Part shown: in pieces, positions 13,101-25,926 of the stretch | How the letters are laid out: every line of letters begins with the position of its first letter | Position numbering within the stretch: the stretch's first letter is position 1 | Made by a program: the position numbers and the translations under genes | Assembly: GCA_043228905.1 (NCBI GenBank) | Contig: JBHGNT010000007.1 | Coordinates: forward strand, 6,076,001 to 6,140,000 | From: Azolla caroliniana | Taxonomy: Eukaryota; Plantae; Polypodiophyta | Length of the DNA stretch: 64,000 bases | Direction of reading: 5' to 3' | Notes under the pieces: model-generated | The model's database searches: none | What the model saw: the letters and a program-made list of their open reading frames with translations, nothing else | Told to the model about the DNA's origin: nothing

Positions 13101-13552
13101 GTCAAGGGCAAGATTTGAAAATAGAAGCGACATGGTTTCGGAAGATGAAGATGTCGCCCTCGACTTCTTCAAGATGGCTCGATTATCAGCGGAAGACCAG
13201 GACACGCAAACCCTCCACGCCTTCAACGAGAACGAGTACGAAGGAGAGTGGTTACTGAATGGTAGATTCCTAAGAACATTGATGGTAGATGCTTCGTTGA
13301 CAAAGGAGGAGGCCCTACGAATCCGGAAGAAAGCTTACCGATACTTCTTGAAGGGAGGATTCCTTTGGAGACATCCAAAAAGAAGGATAGGAATACCACG
13401 TCGAGTGGTGGTGAAGAAAGAAGAGCAAGAGACGCTGATGACCGAATTCCACGAAAGTGCTTGGGCAGGTCATAGAGGAACTTGGGCAACATTCGAAAAG
13501 TTGAAGGAGAATTACTGGTGGCCAAGCATGTACAAAGATGTACTCCATTTCG
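10114..13552 (+). pseudogene. pol: gag 3' part, protease and pol (RT, RNaseH, INT N-terminus) of A
   Basis: LTDHGSEIN, YSNRWFTVPKKNG, QVKRELWG and WAGHRG motifs. Multiple stops and frameshifts. Cut at 13552. Confidence 0.9.
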
Positions 13553-13812
13553 TGTCGTAGTGTTCAACAAACAACACAGAAGGAAGGCAAGAGAATAAAC
13601 AAAGAATGGACACGTTCTAAGCTTTAATGGACGCTTTGATATATTACGTTCTTTCTCACCCTCACTCTCACTCAGAGATCACTATACAAGATGATCAAGA
13701 AGTTCTCTCTCTTTTACACTGTTAGGTTATTGCTTATATACTAAGCCCTAAATATTTTGGACGAGTTGATACTAGGATACAAATTGGAAGGAGTCGGCCT
13801 TTTATGCCAACA
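13553..13812 (-). repeat. Solo copia LTR, same family as 39343-39562
   Basis: TGTCGTAGTG...ATGCCAACA, highly similar to 39343-39562. Flanks TTTCG/GTCCA do not form a TSD. Confidence 0.85.
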
Positions 13813-14086
13813 GTCCAATGACAACGCTTAGTGCATTTGGTAAGAATGCATCTAGATATTTTGGTCGTGTAATTAAATCTAACTTAGAGAAGTGCATGAA
13901 ATGTTCCTTACAGTACAACATTTTACATGGGAGTGGCTCTAGTGGGGTGATCCATTTGTACCGAGTAAATTTTCCATATTTCTTGGCGTATTACTTTATT
14001 ATGGTCCTCATGAGAGATTAACATGTTATCAATCACGTGGTTGTACCTAGTAAGGGGAGGTAGGTTATTAATGTCTAGACCGTTTG

Positions 14087-16790
14087 TGTTGAGAGACAAG
14101 CTCAACATCGGCTGGATCAGCTGAGCAAGCCGAGGACCGGATCGGTTAGGTCGGATCGGTTGGAAACCGGTACGCAGACCGGTGCGTAGGAAGGCTAGAT
14201 CGGTGCAGAAATCGGGAGGCCATCGGAAAGATATTCCACGAGGAATATATTTGGGAGTTAGTGTCGAGGCTCATTTATGAGCAGTCAAGTACTTTCAGTA
14301 CTTGTGTCAGCCCGATTGTTAGGGCTTGTATAAAGGTGCTCACTGAGCACATCCTGTATAGAGCGTATTATTTTTTGAATTAAGTTATGTGTGTTCTCTC
14401 TCTGTCTCTCCCGCGTACTACGTATATTCAAGATCTTCATTAAACCTGCGTATTTTCTATGTGTTCGTTTTCTATATTGCTTCCGCACGCCATTCTTTTC
14501 ATGGTATCAGAGCGAGAGGGTTGAGAACCTTTGCAGCCGACATAGCTTGAAAAGAAAAACCAACCGAGAAGAACAGGTAAAACCGATGGATAGAGGCATG
14601 GCTAGCTCGCTTCCGACGGAGAAGCTCGACAGAAACAACTACGCATCTTGGTCCTACAAGATGCACCAGTACCTGCTCGGGCACGGTTACTGGAGCTACG
14701 TCGACGGAGCAAATGACACAACACCCGAATCGACACACAAAGATTTCCCGGTGTGGGAACAATCGGCGAGCAGAGTGCTGTATTGTTTCGAGTCTTGTGT
14801 GGGCGAACAACTATTAAGGTACGTTCGGGATGCAAAAACGCCGAAGGGTACGTGGCAAAATTTGAAGAAGATGTTCGCCGTGAGCACCACAGCCAGGAAG
14901 CTTCAGCTCCGACAGGAGTTGAGCAACCTACGACAACGCGATTTGTCGGTGGTTGACTATACCTCAAAGATCAAGGACATATGTGACTCCTTAGCTTCCA
15001 TTGATGTGAACATTGAGGAAATCGAGATGGTCTAGGTTTGTCTCGGGGGTTTGGCGTCGAAGTTCGGGGCGTTCCGAACTGCTGTGTGTACCCGGGAGAA
15101 TACACCGTCCTTTTTCGACTTATAGTCGATGCTCCTGGTAGAGGAGAACCACGCGGGTGCGTCAACAAGCACGCACACCAACAACAAGATGCTGTACACG
15201 GAGGGAGATAGGCCCCGTGGACGTGGAGGACAAGGTAAGTCGGTGCGCACTGGAGGCGGCTGATGAGATCAAGGAAGGAGGCACCGAAATGATGCATACA
15301 ACAATTCCGGACCCTCCAGAAACAGGGGGAGTCGAGGCGATGAGAACCGGCAAGGGAAACCCGCCACGGAATGCTGGTACTGTGGCAAGACATGCCACAG
15401 GGAGAGCGAGTGCTAGAAAAAGCACGCTGAGTCGAAGAGGACCGGTTCTGGATCTGGTTCCAGACATACCGACAAAGGAAATTGGCAGCGATCGCACTAC
15501 GCCGAAGGATCCGGAAAAGCCAAAAAATGGTCTGCCTTCGTGACGAGACACGAAGCAAACTCAATGAAGCAGACCACCCCAAAATCGGAGGAGGTGTGGT
15601 ACGTCGACTCCGGCGCGTCAAATCACATGACGAGCCATAAGGAGTGGTTCTCGTACCTAGAAAAACCGATGCAACCGAGAGTAGTCGCAACCGGAGATGA
15701 CACTCCGCATCCGATCGTGAATGTCGGAGAAGTTCCCTTGAGCCATGTCGGGCAGAAAGGGAAACTCATGAACGTGCTACATGTTCCGACAATCATGAGG
15801 AACTTGGTGTCAGTCGGACAGATCGTTGACCAAGGGATGGAGGTCCGGTTTACACACCTCGGGTGCTTCATTGAGGAAGAAGGCCGTGTTATTGCGCAAG
15901 GGTGTAGAGATGGGAGGATGTTCATCCTCGACTCTACTGACGGTGGCACCGCAATGTTCGCGAAGGGACAAAAAGTCGAGTCGGACATCAACCTATGGCA
16001 CAAGCGGATAGGCCACATCAACTACCAACGACTTCAAGACCTGCATTCGAAACAAGTGGTGTTCGGATTGCCCAAATTTAGTGGCCGGAAGGCACAAATT
16101 TGTGAAGCTTGCCAGCTTGGGAAGCAACACTGACTTCCTTTCCCCAATGAGTGTAACCGGAGCCGGAACAAGCTCGACTTGATACACTTCGATGTGTGGG
16201 GGCCGACACAAAACGTTAGTCTTGGCGAGAGCCGATATTTCGTCTCCTTCATCGACGACCACATGCGGCACACGTGGATCTACCTCATTGAGAGGAAGAG
16301 CGAAGTCTTCGACTATTTTCGGGACCTCAAAGGGTTCGTGGAAACGGAAACAGGAAGAAAGATCAAGTGCCTACGGTCTGATGGCGGAAAAGAGTACTTT
16401 TCCGGTCAATTCAACGGGTATCTACAACAGATAGGAATTCGGCGCGAATTCAGTTGTAGATACGCGCCGGAGCAAAACGGCGTGGCTGAGAGGAAGAATC
16501 GGTCGATTGTGGAAGTGGCGCGGGCAATGCTAGAAGAGAAGAGCTTGCCCAAGTTCTATTGGGCCGAGGCGGTAAGGACCGCGGTATACATCCAGAATCG
16601 GATTGGAGACAAAGTGTCGGCGCACGAGCTATATTTCGGAATGAAGCCGAACTTGTGACACTTACGAGTTTTCGGTAGCATTGCGTATGTGCATGTGCCG
16701 AAGGAGAAATGGAGGAAGCTAGACGCAAAGGCCGAGAAATGTATCTTGGTCGGTTACTCGGATGAGCAGAAGGGTTATAAGTGTTATAAC
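14087..16790 (+). mobile_element. Element C: 3'-truncated Ty1/copia retrotransposon
   Basis: 5' LTR ~14087-14501 and tRNA-iMet PBS TGGTATCAGAGC (14502-14513). Gag, protease WYVDSGAS, WHKRIGH and integrase CLRSDGG...QNGVAER follow. Same family as H. Confidence 0.92.
14586..16790 (+). pseudogene. copia gag-PR-INT of C
   Basis: ORF pieces 14391-15035, 15540-16133 and 16179-16658, with stops and a frameshift. Confidence 0.9.
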
Positions 16791-17325
16791 TGTCTAGTTC
16801 TAGAACTTTCTAAAAACTCCCAGAACGTGAATAGATAATCTACGAAGATATATATAACATGAATATTTACTTGGATGTGTTGGTTACAATATAACAGTTG
16901 ACTATAATACAAGAGGCCATGAGTTCGAATCTTGACATAGTTTTCGTCATGTCTGTGGTAGCAGGCAATTGTTGTAATCTGGTTTGCTCGAAGTCAGAGT
17001 TGTATTTTGTTGCTCGCATACATAAATACATGTAGCATTGTGTATAATTGTGTATATCGGTGTCAGATGTGCTTCTTTCTTTTCCGGTTTCTATAAACAA
17101 GAAGGGTGCAGTGTGTAAGTGTGAGTGTGTGTGTTCTCTCTCTCTCTCTCTCTCTCATTCGGTTGCTTCTAGTATGTATTTAGAAACACTTCGACCGGTG
17201 TCTTAGCCGGCGTAACCGGTGCCAATGAAGCTCGGTCTTACCTCCTCTTTCTCTCTCCAGTCCAAGACCCCGGTGGTCCTGCCCTGATTCGACACGTACC
17301 TGCGGATTTCCGCGACACCACAACA
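16791..17325 (+). repeat. Probable solo LTR of an unidentified family
   Basis: Starts TGTC exactly where copia C integrase breaks. Contains CTATAAA followed by (GT)/(CT) tracts and ends CACAACA where LINE homology begins. No partner LTR or TSD. Confidence 0.5.
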
Positions 17326-18060
17326 AGATGACATGGGGCCACCCGGAAGGAGTTAATCATGTGGATAGCTTCAGGGCGTCCTATTAGACAATCAACTTTG
17401 CTTTCCCCTCCTTCATGTGGGAAACATGTGAGCTCTTTTGAGCTTGGCCACTTGGCTAAACCATTATATATGATCATCCGATGCCGACTGCCAAGTTCGA
17501 GCAGATGATGGCCAAAGCTCGTGGCATCCGTACCTTGATCTTTTGATCTATGCGTGGTGCCTATGTCTAAAGGATCAACATTTACCATTTCTAGGTTTCT
17601 ATCCATCTGAAATATTGTGCATTGTTGGGATTGGGTTCTCGCCTTGAAATCTCCTACAAGGAAAAGTTTTCCTCGGCAATAATGTCGGAGTATGTTATCC
17701 GATAAAGGTTTGTATAGAGAAGGCCCATGTGGCACTCCTTCATCAACTAGTCTCGCCTCTTCAACCATATTTTAATGGGATCCTTTCGGGGAAGTAACAA
17801 ATGACGAAAAATATTGCCTAGTCCTTGCTAGTGAAGACTTTCACCCACATAAAACTAGCTTCTGGGTTTTTCCTTAGTATTTATATCCTATTATGTAGCT
17901 CTCTCCGAAATAATATTGTAACACCTCTAGATCCTCTGGTAGTGTGTTGACATGAGGTTTGTCTAAATACAGACTCCCAATGAAATCCTTCGACTCGTGG
18001 GAGTCCTCTATTTGGGCTTTCATGTGTTTCTACCTAGAAAAGTATATTTGATACCTTTAA
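17326..18060 (-). pseudogene. Non-LTR retrotransposon (LINE) APE-type endonuclease fragment
   Basis: ORF 17238-17768 contains LVGDFKART...GHHLLEL...IYNG...TCF...SKVDCLI, matching the GDFN / T...S.ID endonuclease motifs. Confidence 0.7.
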
Positions 18061-18341
18061 TATCTCATCTAGGCAGCCTGAATGTGTCCGGAGTGTGCCA
18101 TTACAATTCTATAAGGTCATCCTAAGTGTATTTTCTATCACATGGGCCGCACGCCATCAATTGGTAGCACGAAAGAGAGGATGTTACACTTATGAACAAT
18201 AAGACAAATGGGGGATGATTAATAAGAGTGTAGCTAGATAACCTTTCTCTATATTAATAAGCATCAAGTTACAACAATACCCACATTGACGTATATATAG
18301 ATGTAAAGAAAAGTAAGAGTGGTTGTATGCATCGGAAGGAT

Positions 18342-18379
18342 TGTGTGTGTGTGTGTGAGTATGAGCACATAAGAGCAAA

Positions 18380-18427
<48 letters not shown>
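18342..18427. repeat. (GT)n and (AG)n microsatellites in an LTR-like AT-rich block (~18182-18560)
   Basis: Directly visible dinucleotide runs. Confidence 0.9.
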
Positions 18428-18429
<2 letters not shown>

Positions 18430-18912
18430 CTTAGAACAAGAAAGAAACTGTATATTACATCCAACAATAACAAAGTTACAAAAGGTTGGTTTAAATATCA
18501 ACTAAACTAGGGCAAGGGCCCTTTCTACTATTTACAAAACTGGCATGGTATGTCCATGAGCTAGTGTGAAACGTATTGCTATGGGAAGTTGAGTTCGATT
18601 CTCAACAGTGCGCCCCTTCGAACACAACTTCTGAGTTTTCGGAGTTCGCTTGTTCGGTTGTACGGCTTAGTTCTGCTGCTTCTCGATTGTTCCCGTGTCG
18701 TCGTCGTTAGGTGTACTCCCCCTCAAGCTCGACAATGTAGATATCATGAGATCAAGGTCGAATGCGAATTGCCCGAGCTTGTCGACGCCTAACGCCTTCG
18801 TAAAGATATCAACAATTTGGAGGTTCGTACTAATGTGTTGAAGATCGATTTTGCCGGCCTATACGCGCTCGGGGATGAAGTGGTAGAGCACTTCGATATG
18901 ATTAGTCCGCGT

Positions 18913-19570
18913 TGTCACGTTATTACGCGCGTGCGTGGAGAAACGAGGCGGGACCACCGGGGTCTTGAACCAAAGAGTAGGTGATAGAAGGGGAAAGAGA
19001 AAGAGCGAGACGCCCGGTCACGTATGAGCAACGAAACACAAGGGGGGGGGGGGGCACGGCCCGTCAACACAGAAGATGCGAATGGACACAGAGACAGGGA
19101 GACACAAGTGTTTGTATATTAACGAATATCAAATACACAACAGAGCACGCGAGTGGTTACAACCGAACAGGCCGTCGAACAGATGCCGATGCCTGTTCGT
19201 CTGCGCACGAAAGGAGAAAAGGGTGGAGGTGCTGCCAGAACCACACGGGCGTTCCTCGAAGCAGCGCGAGCCTCCCGAAACCCTGCAGAGAAGAGCGATG
19301 GAGAACGAACAGAGGAGAAGCGTTTGGTTACGGTCCGACAACACTTCATCCTCCTTAATGCGCAATGCCTTCTCCCTGCGTCTCCCTCTCCTTTATAGCG
19401 TCAAGAAGGGAGCCGTCTCCCTCATTTACTTCCTACCTACCGAATCTAACTACCCGGATATGCCTTTGTACTTAATTCCCTATTATATACATTAAGGGCG
19501 TGCATACGTGAAGAGCCGGTTCATGCGAGCTATGCACCGATTGCGCCAAGGGACGGTTTTCTTCACGACA
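18913..19570 (-). repeat. 3' LTR of D
   Basis: Direct repeat of 32387-33043 with scattered transitions. Confidence 0.95.
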
Positions 19571-19619
19571 TCCGCCCCCACCTAACCCGCATCCACCGGT
19601 ATGCGCCAAAATTGGGTTC

Positions 19620-22600
19620 TGGTTGGAGAAAACTGGTCCTGGTTCCGTTTCTTCGTCCATCGGTTCGTCCTCCGTTTCGGACTGTTCGTCTTCGCTGTCC
19701 AGGCCTCTTAGATCCGGTTCGTCATCGTGACGTTTCTTGAACGCTTTGACCCGCTTCCCTGCTACCGGCATCGCCATCCTCGTACCGTCGAGTTCCGCCA
19801 GGTGATCCGTCCCGTTGTCGTTGGCGCTCGTTACCACGTAAGGCTCGAACCACTGCTTTGCAAACTTCCGTGTTGCTCGGTGCTGGTTGTCGAGGCTGTT
19901 GTCGTAGACTAGCACCCAGTCGCCTTCCTCGATTTTCTTAGGTCGGAGCCGGTGCGTTCGGTCGAACCGGGCTTTGTTCTTCATCCTCGCCGTCCGAAGT
20001 CTCTCCGCCGCTTGTTCCACGTCCTCTGGCCTCCGCTCGAGCTGCCGTATACACGCCGCGAGCAGTTCTTCCCAACTCATCTCGTCTCTCCAGTCCACTG
20101 TCGCCCAAGAGGAGATCGTCCGTTCGATCGACATGATCGGCTTCTATCCGAACATGAGCTCTGACGGCATGAACCCTGTTACCGAACTGTGTGTTGTCTT
20201 GTCCGCCCACAAGGCATAAGGTAACAGCCGTGGCCAGTTCCCGACCTGGCCTCTGCATGCCCGGACTAGCGCTTTGACGATCGGTCCGTGTCCGCGCTCC
20301 ACCTTCCCGTTCGCCTCCGGATTGTACGCTGTGGTGAGCGAGAGCTTGACCCCTAACCGGTCGAACAGCTCCTCGGCCTCTTCGGCGTCCAACTCCCTGC
20401 GGTCAGCCACAATCTTCCCGACGCACCCGTACCGGCATATCACGTCCTCGATCAGGAATCGACACACGGCCGCGATTGTTTTGTTCTGCAGGGCTCGGCC
20501 TTCCACCTGGTTCGTTAGGTTCTCCCGGGCCAGCACTAGATATCGCATCTGCCCTATGCTCATCGTCATCGTCACCAAATCTACCATCCATTTGAAGTGG
20601 ATGGCCGGAGGGTAAATAGGGTGAAGCTCGTTCCGATGTCGGACTATGGAGTGCATCTGACAACTCTCACAAGTTGTCACGAACCGATGCACGTCCCGGT
20701 ACAGTCCCGACCACCAGTACTTCCCCTTTAGCTTCTCGAACGTGGCCCACGTCCCACGGTGTCCAACCCAGGGGCTGTCATGGTAGGCCTTCAGCAATTC
20801 CTCATGTTCCTCCTTCATCGCCACTACTCGGAGCGGGATGCCATTCCTCTTCTTCGGGTGCTTCCACAAGTATCCGTTCCGGAGAAAGAATCGGTACGCT
20901 TTCTTCCGGATCCGGTTGGCCTCGTCCCTTGTCCACGATGCGTCCGACATCATTGTCCTTAAGAATCCCCCAATCTGCAGCCACTCCCCGTCGTACTTGC
21001 TCTTGTTGAAATTGTTAAGCGCCGGAGTGCTTCCCCCTTCGGTTGTTACGTAAGCCGCCTCGAAGAAGTCTACGCCGACTTCCTCGTCCTCCGAAACCAT
21101 GCCGCCCTCGTTGTCAAATCGCGCCCTCAAAAGCATGTCGGCCATGGCATTGTCTTTCCCGGAAATGTGTCGTATTTCCGGATCCAGGGACTTGATGTAC
21201 GCTATCCATTTGAGCATTGCCAGGTCCGGGGTTGTGCATCCGGAAACCATGCCGAGAATCGGCAGGTAGTCCGTCTCGATAATCACCTCTGTCCCGATCA
21301 GATAGTCTTTATCGGCCTTCACCGCCGAAATGATACCCCAGAGTTTGCGTTTAACCTGGGCGTATCCTCGTTGTCGCTCGCTGAGGACCTTCGCGCCGAA
21401 CCGGATTGGGAACCGAATGCCGTCCTCATCTTCTTGGTTGACGACCCATCCGATCCCGGTCGGACTCGTATCTACCGTTATGTAGACGGGAGTGCCTTTC
21501 TCGTAGACAGCCTTCCGGAGTGCCGGAGCTGTAGCAAGAGCCTCCTTCATCTTTCGCACCGACTCCGTATGCTCGTCTCGCCACTCGAATTTTCGCCCCT
21601 TTTTCAGCGACCCGTATAGTGGTTCGGCAACGTGGGCGTAATGCGGGATCCATATGTGGTAGAACGCGCATGCTCCCAAGAACCTCCGTACCTCCGTGAC
21701 CGAGTTACAGTCGGGCTTCATTGCGGAGATGGCTTCCACCTTTGCCGGAGACGGTTTCCGGCCATACGGTCCGCATAGATGTCCGACGACCATGATCTCT
21801 GATTGCCCGAAGGCCGATTTTTCCCCGGAGAAGGTGAGCCTCGCGTCCTCTAGCCTCTGCAGCACCCTCTCGCAGTCGTCAATGTGTGTCGCCACGAATT
21901 TCCAGCATCCGTCTGGTCCGATCGTTTCGTCCTTTTCTTCCACCAGACATCCCTTGATCGGGATGTTGTCCAAGAATGGCATGGTGATGTCCGGGATACA
22001 ATCCCTTAGCACCTTGTTCATCGCATTCACCATGTGGGCCACCGAGTTCGTGCCTCCTTGTGGCAGGGTACACATCTGCACTAGGCCGAGAGGAGTCCGC
22101 ATCATCGTAATGTCTCTGCTCTCTACGGCTAGTTGGAACTGATCGTACCTTGAGTACAGATCTCCGACCGAGTAGATCGACCTTCCGACGAAGGCCCCTG
22201 CGAACTCGTCTATCGTTGGTCCGATTCCTGCGTTCCGAATGGTCACTCTGTTGACCGGTTGCAGGTCTTGAATGAAGCGCAACGTCCCGTTCTTCTTCGG
22301 TACTGTAAACCACCGGTTTGAGTACGGGGCACTCGACGGTTCGAGGATGCCCATTTTGATTTTCTGCCTCAACAACTCCATCAGCTCCGGGATGTGAGCT
22401 CTCGGTACCGGAATTGGTTTGAGATTCCACGGCACATGCGGTACCGTGAATATCACCATTGGCTTTACGACTGTCGGGTCTACGCACCCGATTTCTTCCG
22501 GTGAGAATGCGAAGGGTTTCCCGTGCCTTCCGAGCATTCTCTGAAACCGGTCTTCTTCCGCCGGTAGTAGGAACCCGCCCCCACCGATTTTGAGCTCCCG

Positions 22601-23140
22601 TAGCGTTCTGTCGGTGAAGGTGTGTCCTATGCAGGCCGGATCACGTAAACTGGGGTCCGACGCGACCCCCTTGATTCGCAACTCGCTGCCCTCCGGTAAG
22701 GGTGCCGCGATTGGCCTTACCTTCCGGTCCACAGTCTTGTACTTCGTGTTAACCCGGGCCGTCCGATCCGACTCGAGCCCTCGACTGAAGTCCGCGATGA
22801 CTTCATACATCTCTTCTGAACAAACCGGTATTGTCCGGTCCTCTTTAAGGCCCTCTCCGACCACCTCTCGCAGTATTCCCAAGGTATCGTCGAAGGAGAC
22901 CGCCTCCACGGCTCCGTTGATTTCCTCGCTGGGCCCGAGAACTCCGCACGCCCGAAGTCGCTCTTCCGCCCTTGTCTTTTCTCGGCCTACGACGCCGACT
23001 ATCGTACACCCTCCGTTGTCGGAGAAACAAAACTTCCTACTTATGGTACAAGGTTTCTCGGTTTCGCTTCTATCGTACATTTGTGGGGTTTTCCCGGAGT
23101 GTCCGGACTGTAGCGGCCCCACGCCTTGGCAGCCCTCTCT
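19620..23140 (-). pseudogene. pol: pol of D
   Basis: 1006-aa ORF 20144-23164 plus 19472-20134. RT motif mutated to FLDN, stop at 20144, indel near the 5' end. Confidence 0.93.
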
Positions 23141-25155
23141 AAAAATCCTCTCGGTTCTCTCCACCGAGGGACTTGCGGTTTCGCTCGTGGTTCGGTCGCA
23201 CCGTCAGGAACTGGACCGAATGATGCCCGTCCTAACTCTTGACCCTCACGTAAGCCGACCCGTTGTCCAGCACCTTGGTCTCCATTCGCGCTGCCGTTAT
23301 GTACGGTTCTCCCAGTATGACCGGGTGCGAGGACGTCTCCTGCACAAAGAAGTGCTGGTCTATCTCGACGTCGCCAATCTTGACTCGCACGTTTGGGCAG
23401 GCCCCGTGTAGTTCCTCGGTGGCGCACGTCGCCGCCCGTATCTTCCACCCGTGCTTAGTGTTGATCGGCCATTTCCCCTTCTTGTAGAAGTCCATGGACA
23501 TCAGATTTATTTCCGAACCGTGGTCCACCAGCGCCACCACCGGTTCCTGAACATCTCCTATCTTCACCGGGGTTTCCATGGTCGGTCGGGCCCAGTGTGG
23601 CCTCGAATAGTGGCTCTCCGCCCACTCGTCTTCCAGCGCCATGTCCTCTATGTGCGCCGTCCGCACCTCCACCGGCCTTTCCGGTTCTGCCTCCGTTGAC
23701 AGCCTCTTCCTCTTCACCAAGTCCACGATGGAGTCGTGGAACTCCTTCTTGGCGATTCCGAGCACCTCCCGCAACGACAGTTCCACTTTGCTGTCGAGGA
23801 TTCGTTCTTCCAGGACCTTTCATAAGTCCGTGGTCCTTTCGATCTCCGTGCCCAAACGGTACCCGCCCTTCTTGTGGCTATCCCGGGCACTGGACTCACC
23901 GGCCTCATTCCGTTTCGGCCCGAATCGGGTTTCATATCTCTGTGAGGGTCCGGCCCCTCCGATTTTACCTACCGGGTCACTCCACCCGGTTACCTCCTGG
24001 ACCTGCTTTTCCGCACGGTCCGCCTCGTCTCTCTTCAGTCGGGCACCGACGAGGCCTTCCAGCACCGTCGGCCAGAACTCGACTTTGCTCTCCTTCCGGG
24101 CCCCGCTGCCCCCGACCCGAATACCGGCTGACGCTGAGTAGTGGACGGTCTCCATCAACCTTTTCATTCCTCCTCTCCCGTCGTTTCGGTTCAGGGCCCT
24201 CCGGGTATCGCTGGCATGCAGCCGACCTTCCCACAGGTACACTACCCGGCTTCTCAAAGCCTCCATAAAGTCCCCGCAGTCTTTCCGGATGTAGCCGACC
24301 TCGTCGCACCACATGCACCTACTTCCTGCCGGAGCCCGTCGGTCACGAGCCTGATCACCGCCTTCCCTCCGAGCCTGGGCGATCTGGAGATCCTTTACCG
24401 CTCGTGTCAGCTTCTCCAGAGCTGTTCCCCCGGACGAGCCTCTGATCACGCCGGTCGAAGACGAACCGGTTTCGAGCCACTGATCACGCCGGTCGAAGAC
24501 GAACCGGTTTCGAGCCACTCCCAGGTCTCTTCCCTTCGCGCTTGCGGTACCGGTTCGAGCTTCCTTGCTGCGACAGGTCCCACCCCGGTCGCCTCTGTAT
24601 CAGCCCACTTCCACCATTAGTCAAAACGGCCACAGACTCTCTTTACCGCGGCATGGTCGGTCGTCAGCCCGTCTTCGGTTTCCAGTAAGGAGCCAACTTG
24701 CCCCCGATCCCGTGCGTCAACCGATTTGACAAATAGTAGGACACGACTTGTGTCTAGAACGGTCCGATCGAGCGCCGAAAGGCGCGCAGTGCGGTCCTCA
24801 AACTCCTGGAGGAGTACCGACACGTTTCTTCCTTTGTTGGGGGACTCCACCCACTCCATGAAGCTCCGCTTCGAAAGTCGAAGCGCGTCATCCAGCTCGT
24901 ATTTCTCCAGGAGCCGTCCTTCGAACTCCTCCCAGGTCCGGCTCTCCGCCCGGACCTCGAACACCTCCGCATGGATGCCTGGCATCGCCACTCGAGGGAA
25001 TCCGGCAAGACGCCTCTCTTCCGGAATATCCCTCATCAACATCTCCGCCCGGTAGGACGCCAAATAACTTGTGGCATCCTTTCCACTGAACCGGCCGATC
25101 ATACCGACGATCGCCTCAATAGCCTTGTCAAGGGCGCCGGTGCCCTCGTGCACGC
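23138..25155 (-). pseudogene. gag: gag-protease of D (N-terminus continues at 32288-32345)
   Basis: Fragments 24617-25155, 23820-24518 and 23232-23786. LVDHGSEIN is present, with deletions and a 38-bp tandem duplication. Confidence 0.9.
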
Positions 25156-25854
25156 TGTCGGGGTTGCTACGCCCTTGCGTGCAGAAAGGAGGAGGGACCA
25201 CGGGGGTCTTGGACCGAAGAGCAAGAGAGAGAGAGAGGAGAAGGAGAGACCCGATTACACAGAACCGAAGATTGCACAGGGACACGGCCCAACAAACAGA
25301 GATCACAAATAAACGCCGACACAGATGGACGCAACCACGGAAGATATGTACTTATGAATGCAAGAAAATAACAGCTAAAGTGTTACAACCCACGGTGGGG
25401 CACGAAATAGATACTAACGAAAACGAACAGGGCGGCGAACAGATGCCGACCCCTGTATGTCGCGACGCGCGGAAAGGGGAAAACAGGTCGGAGGTGCTGC
25501 AGGACGCACTCGGGGCGTTCCACGGAACAGCGCAAGCCTCCTCGAAACCTGCACAGGTACGCGATGGAGCAGAAGACAGAGAGAGCAGGAGTGAGAGAGG
25601 AGCTTCGAAATCGGTTCGGCAGCACTTCGTCCTCTCCGCGCGAGATATCCCACTTCTCTTCTCCCTCTTCCTTTTATAGCCCGTCAAGAGGCCGTTTGGC
25701 ATTAACTGCATACCAACCGAATCTACCCACCTAGGATCCTCGTATGTACCTACTTCGTCCTTAGGTACTTCTTGGCGCGCGTGTGCGTGTAGAGCCGTTT
25801 CCCCCCCACGCCTTGTTCCTCCGATTCCCCTTGTGGGCGGTTTTCTTCACGACA
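25156..25854 (-). repeat. 3' LTR of E
   Basis: Direct repeat of 31585-32283. ORF-track translations of the two copies are identical. Confidence 0.97.
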
Positions 25855-25926
25855 TCCGCCCCCACCTAACCGCGCATCCACCGGCATGCGCCAAATTAAG
25901 TTGGCACGGAGAAAACCGGCCCGTCT

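Larger units (their letters stand above)
1430..13552 (+). mobile_element. Element A: degenerate tRNA-Trp-primed Ty3/gypsy retrotransposon, interrupted by B and 3'-truncated
   Basis: LTR ends CTTCACGACA at 1842 (start uncertain), followed by a PBS. Gag 1864-3112 rejoins 10114 across the B insertion (GWSDP|VDD). PR, RT, RNaseH and the start of integrase run to 13552. Confidence 0.88.

Noticed and set aside
25071-25711. ORFs within the E LTRs, duplicated at 31302-32140
   Set aside because: Not conserved in the B or D LTRs; identity only reflects LTR duplication.
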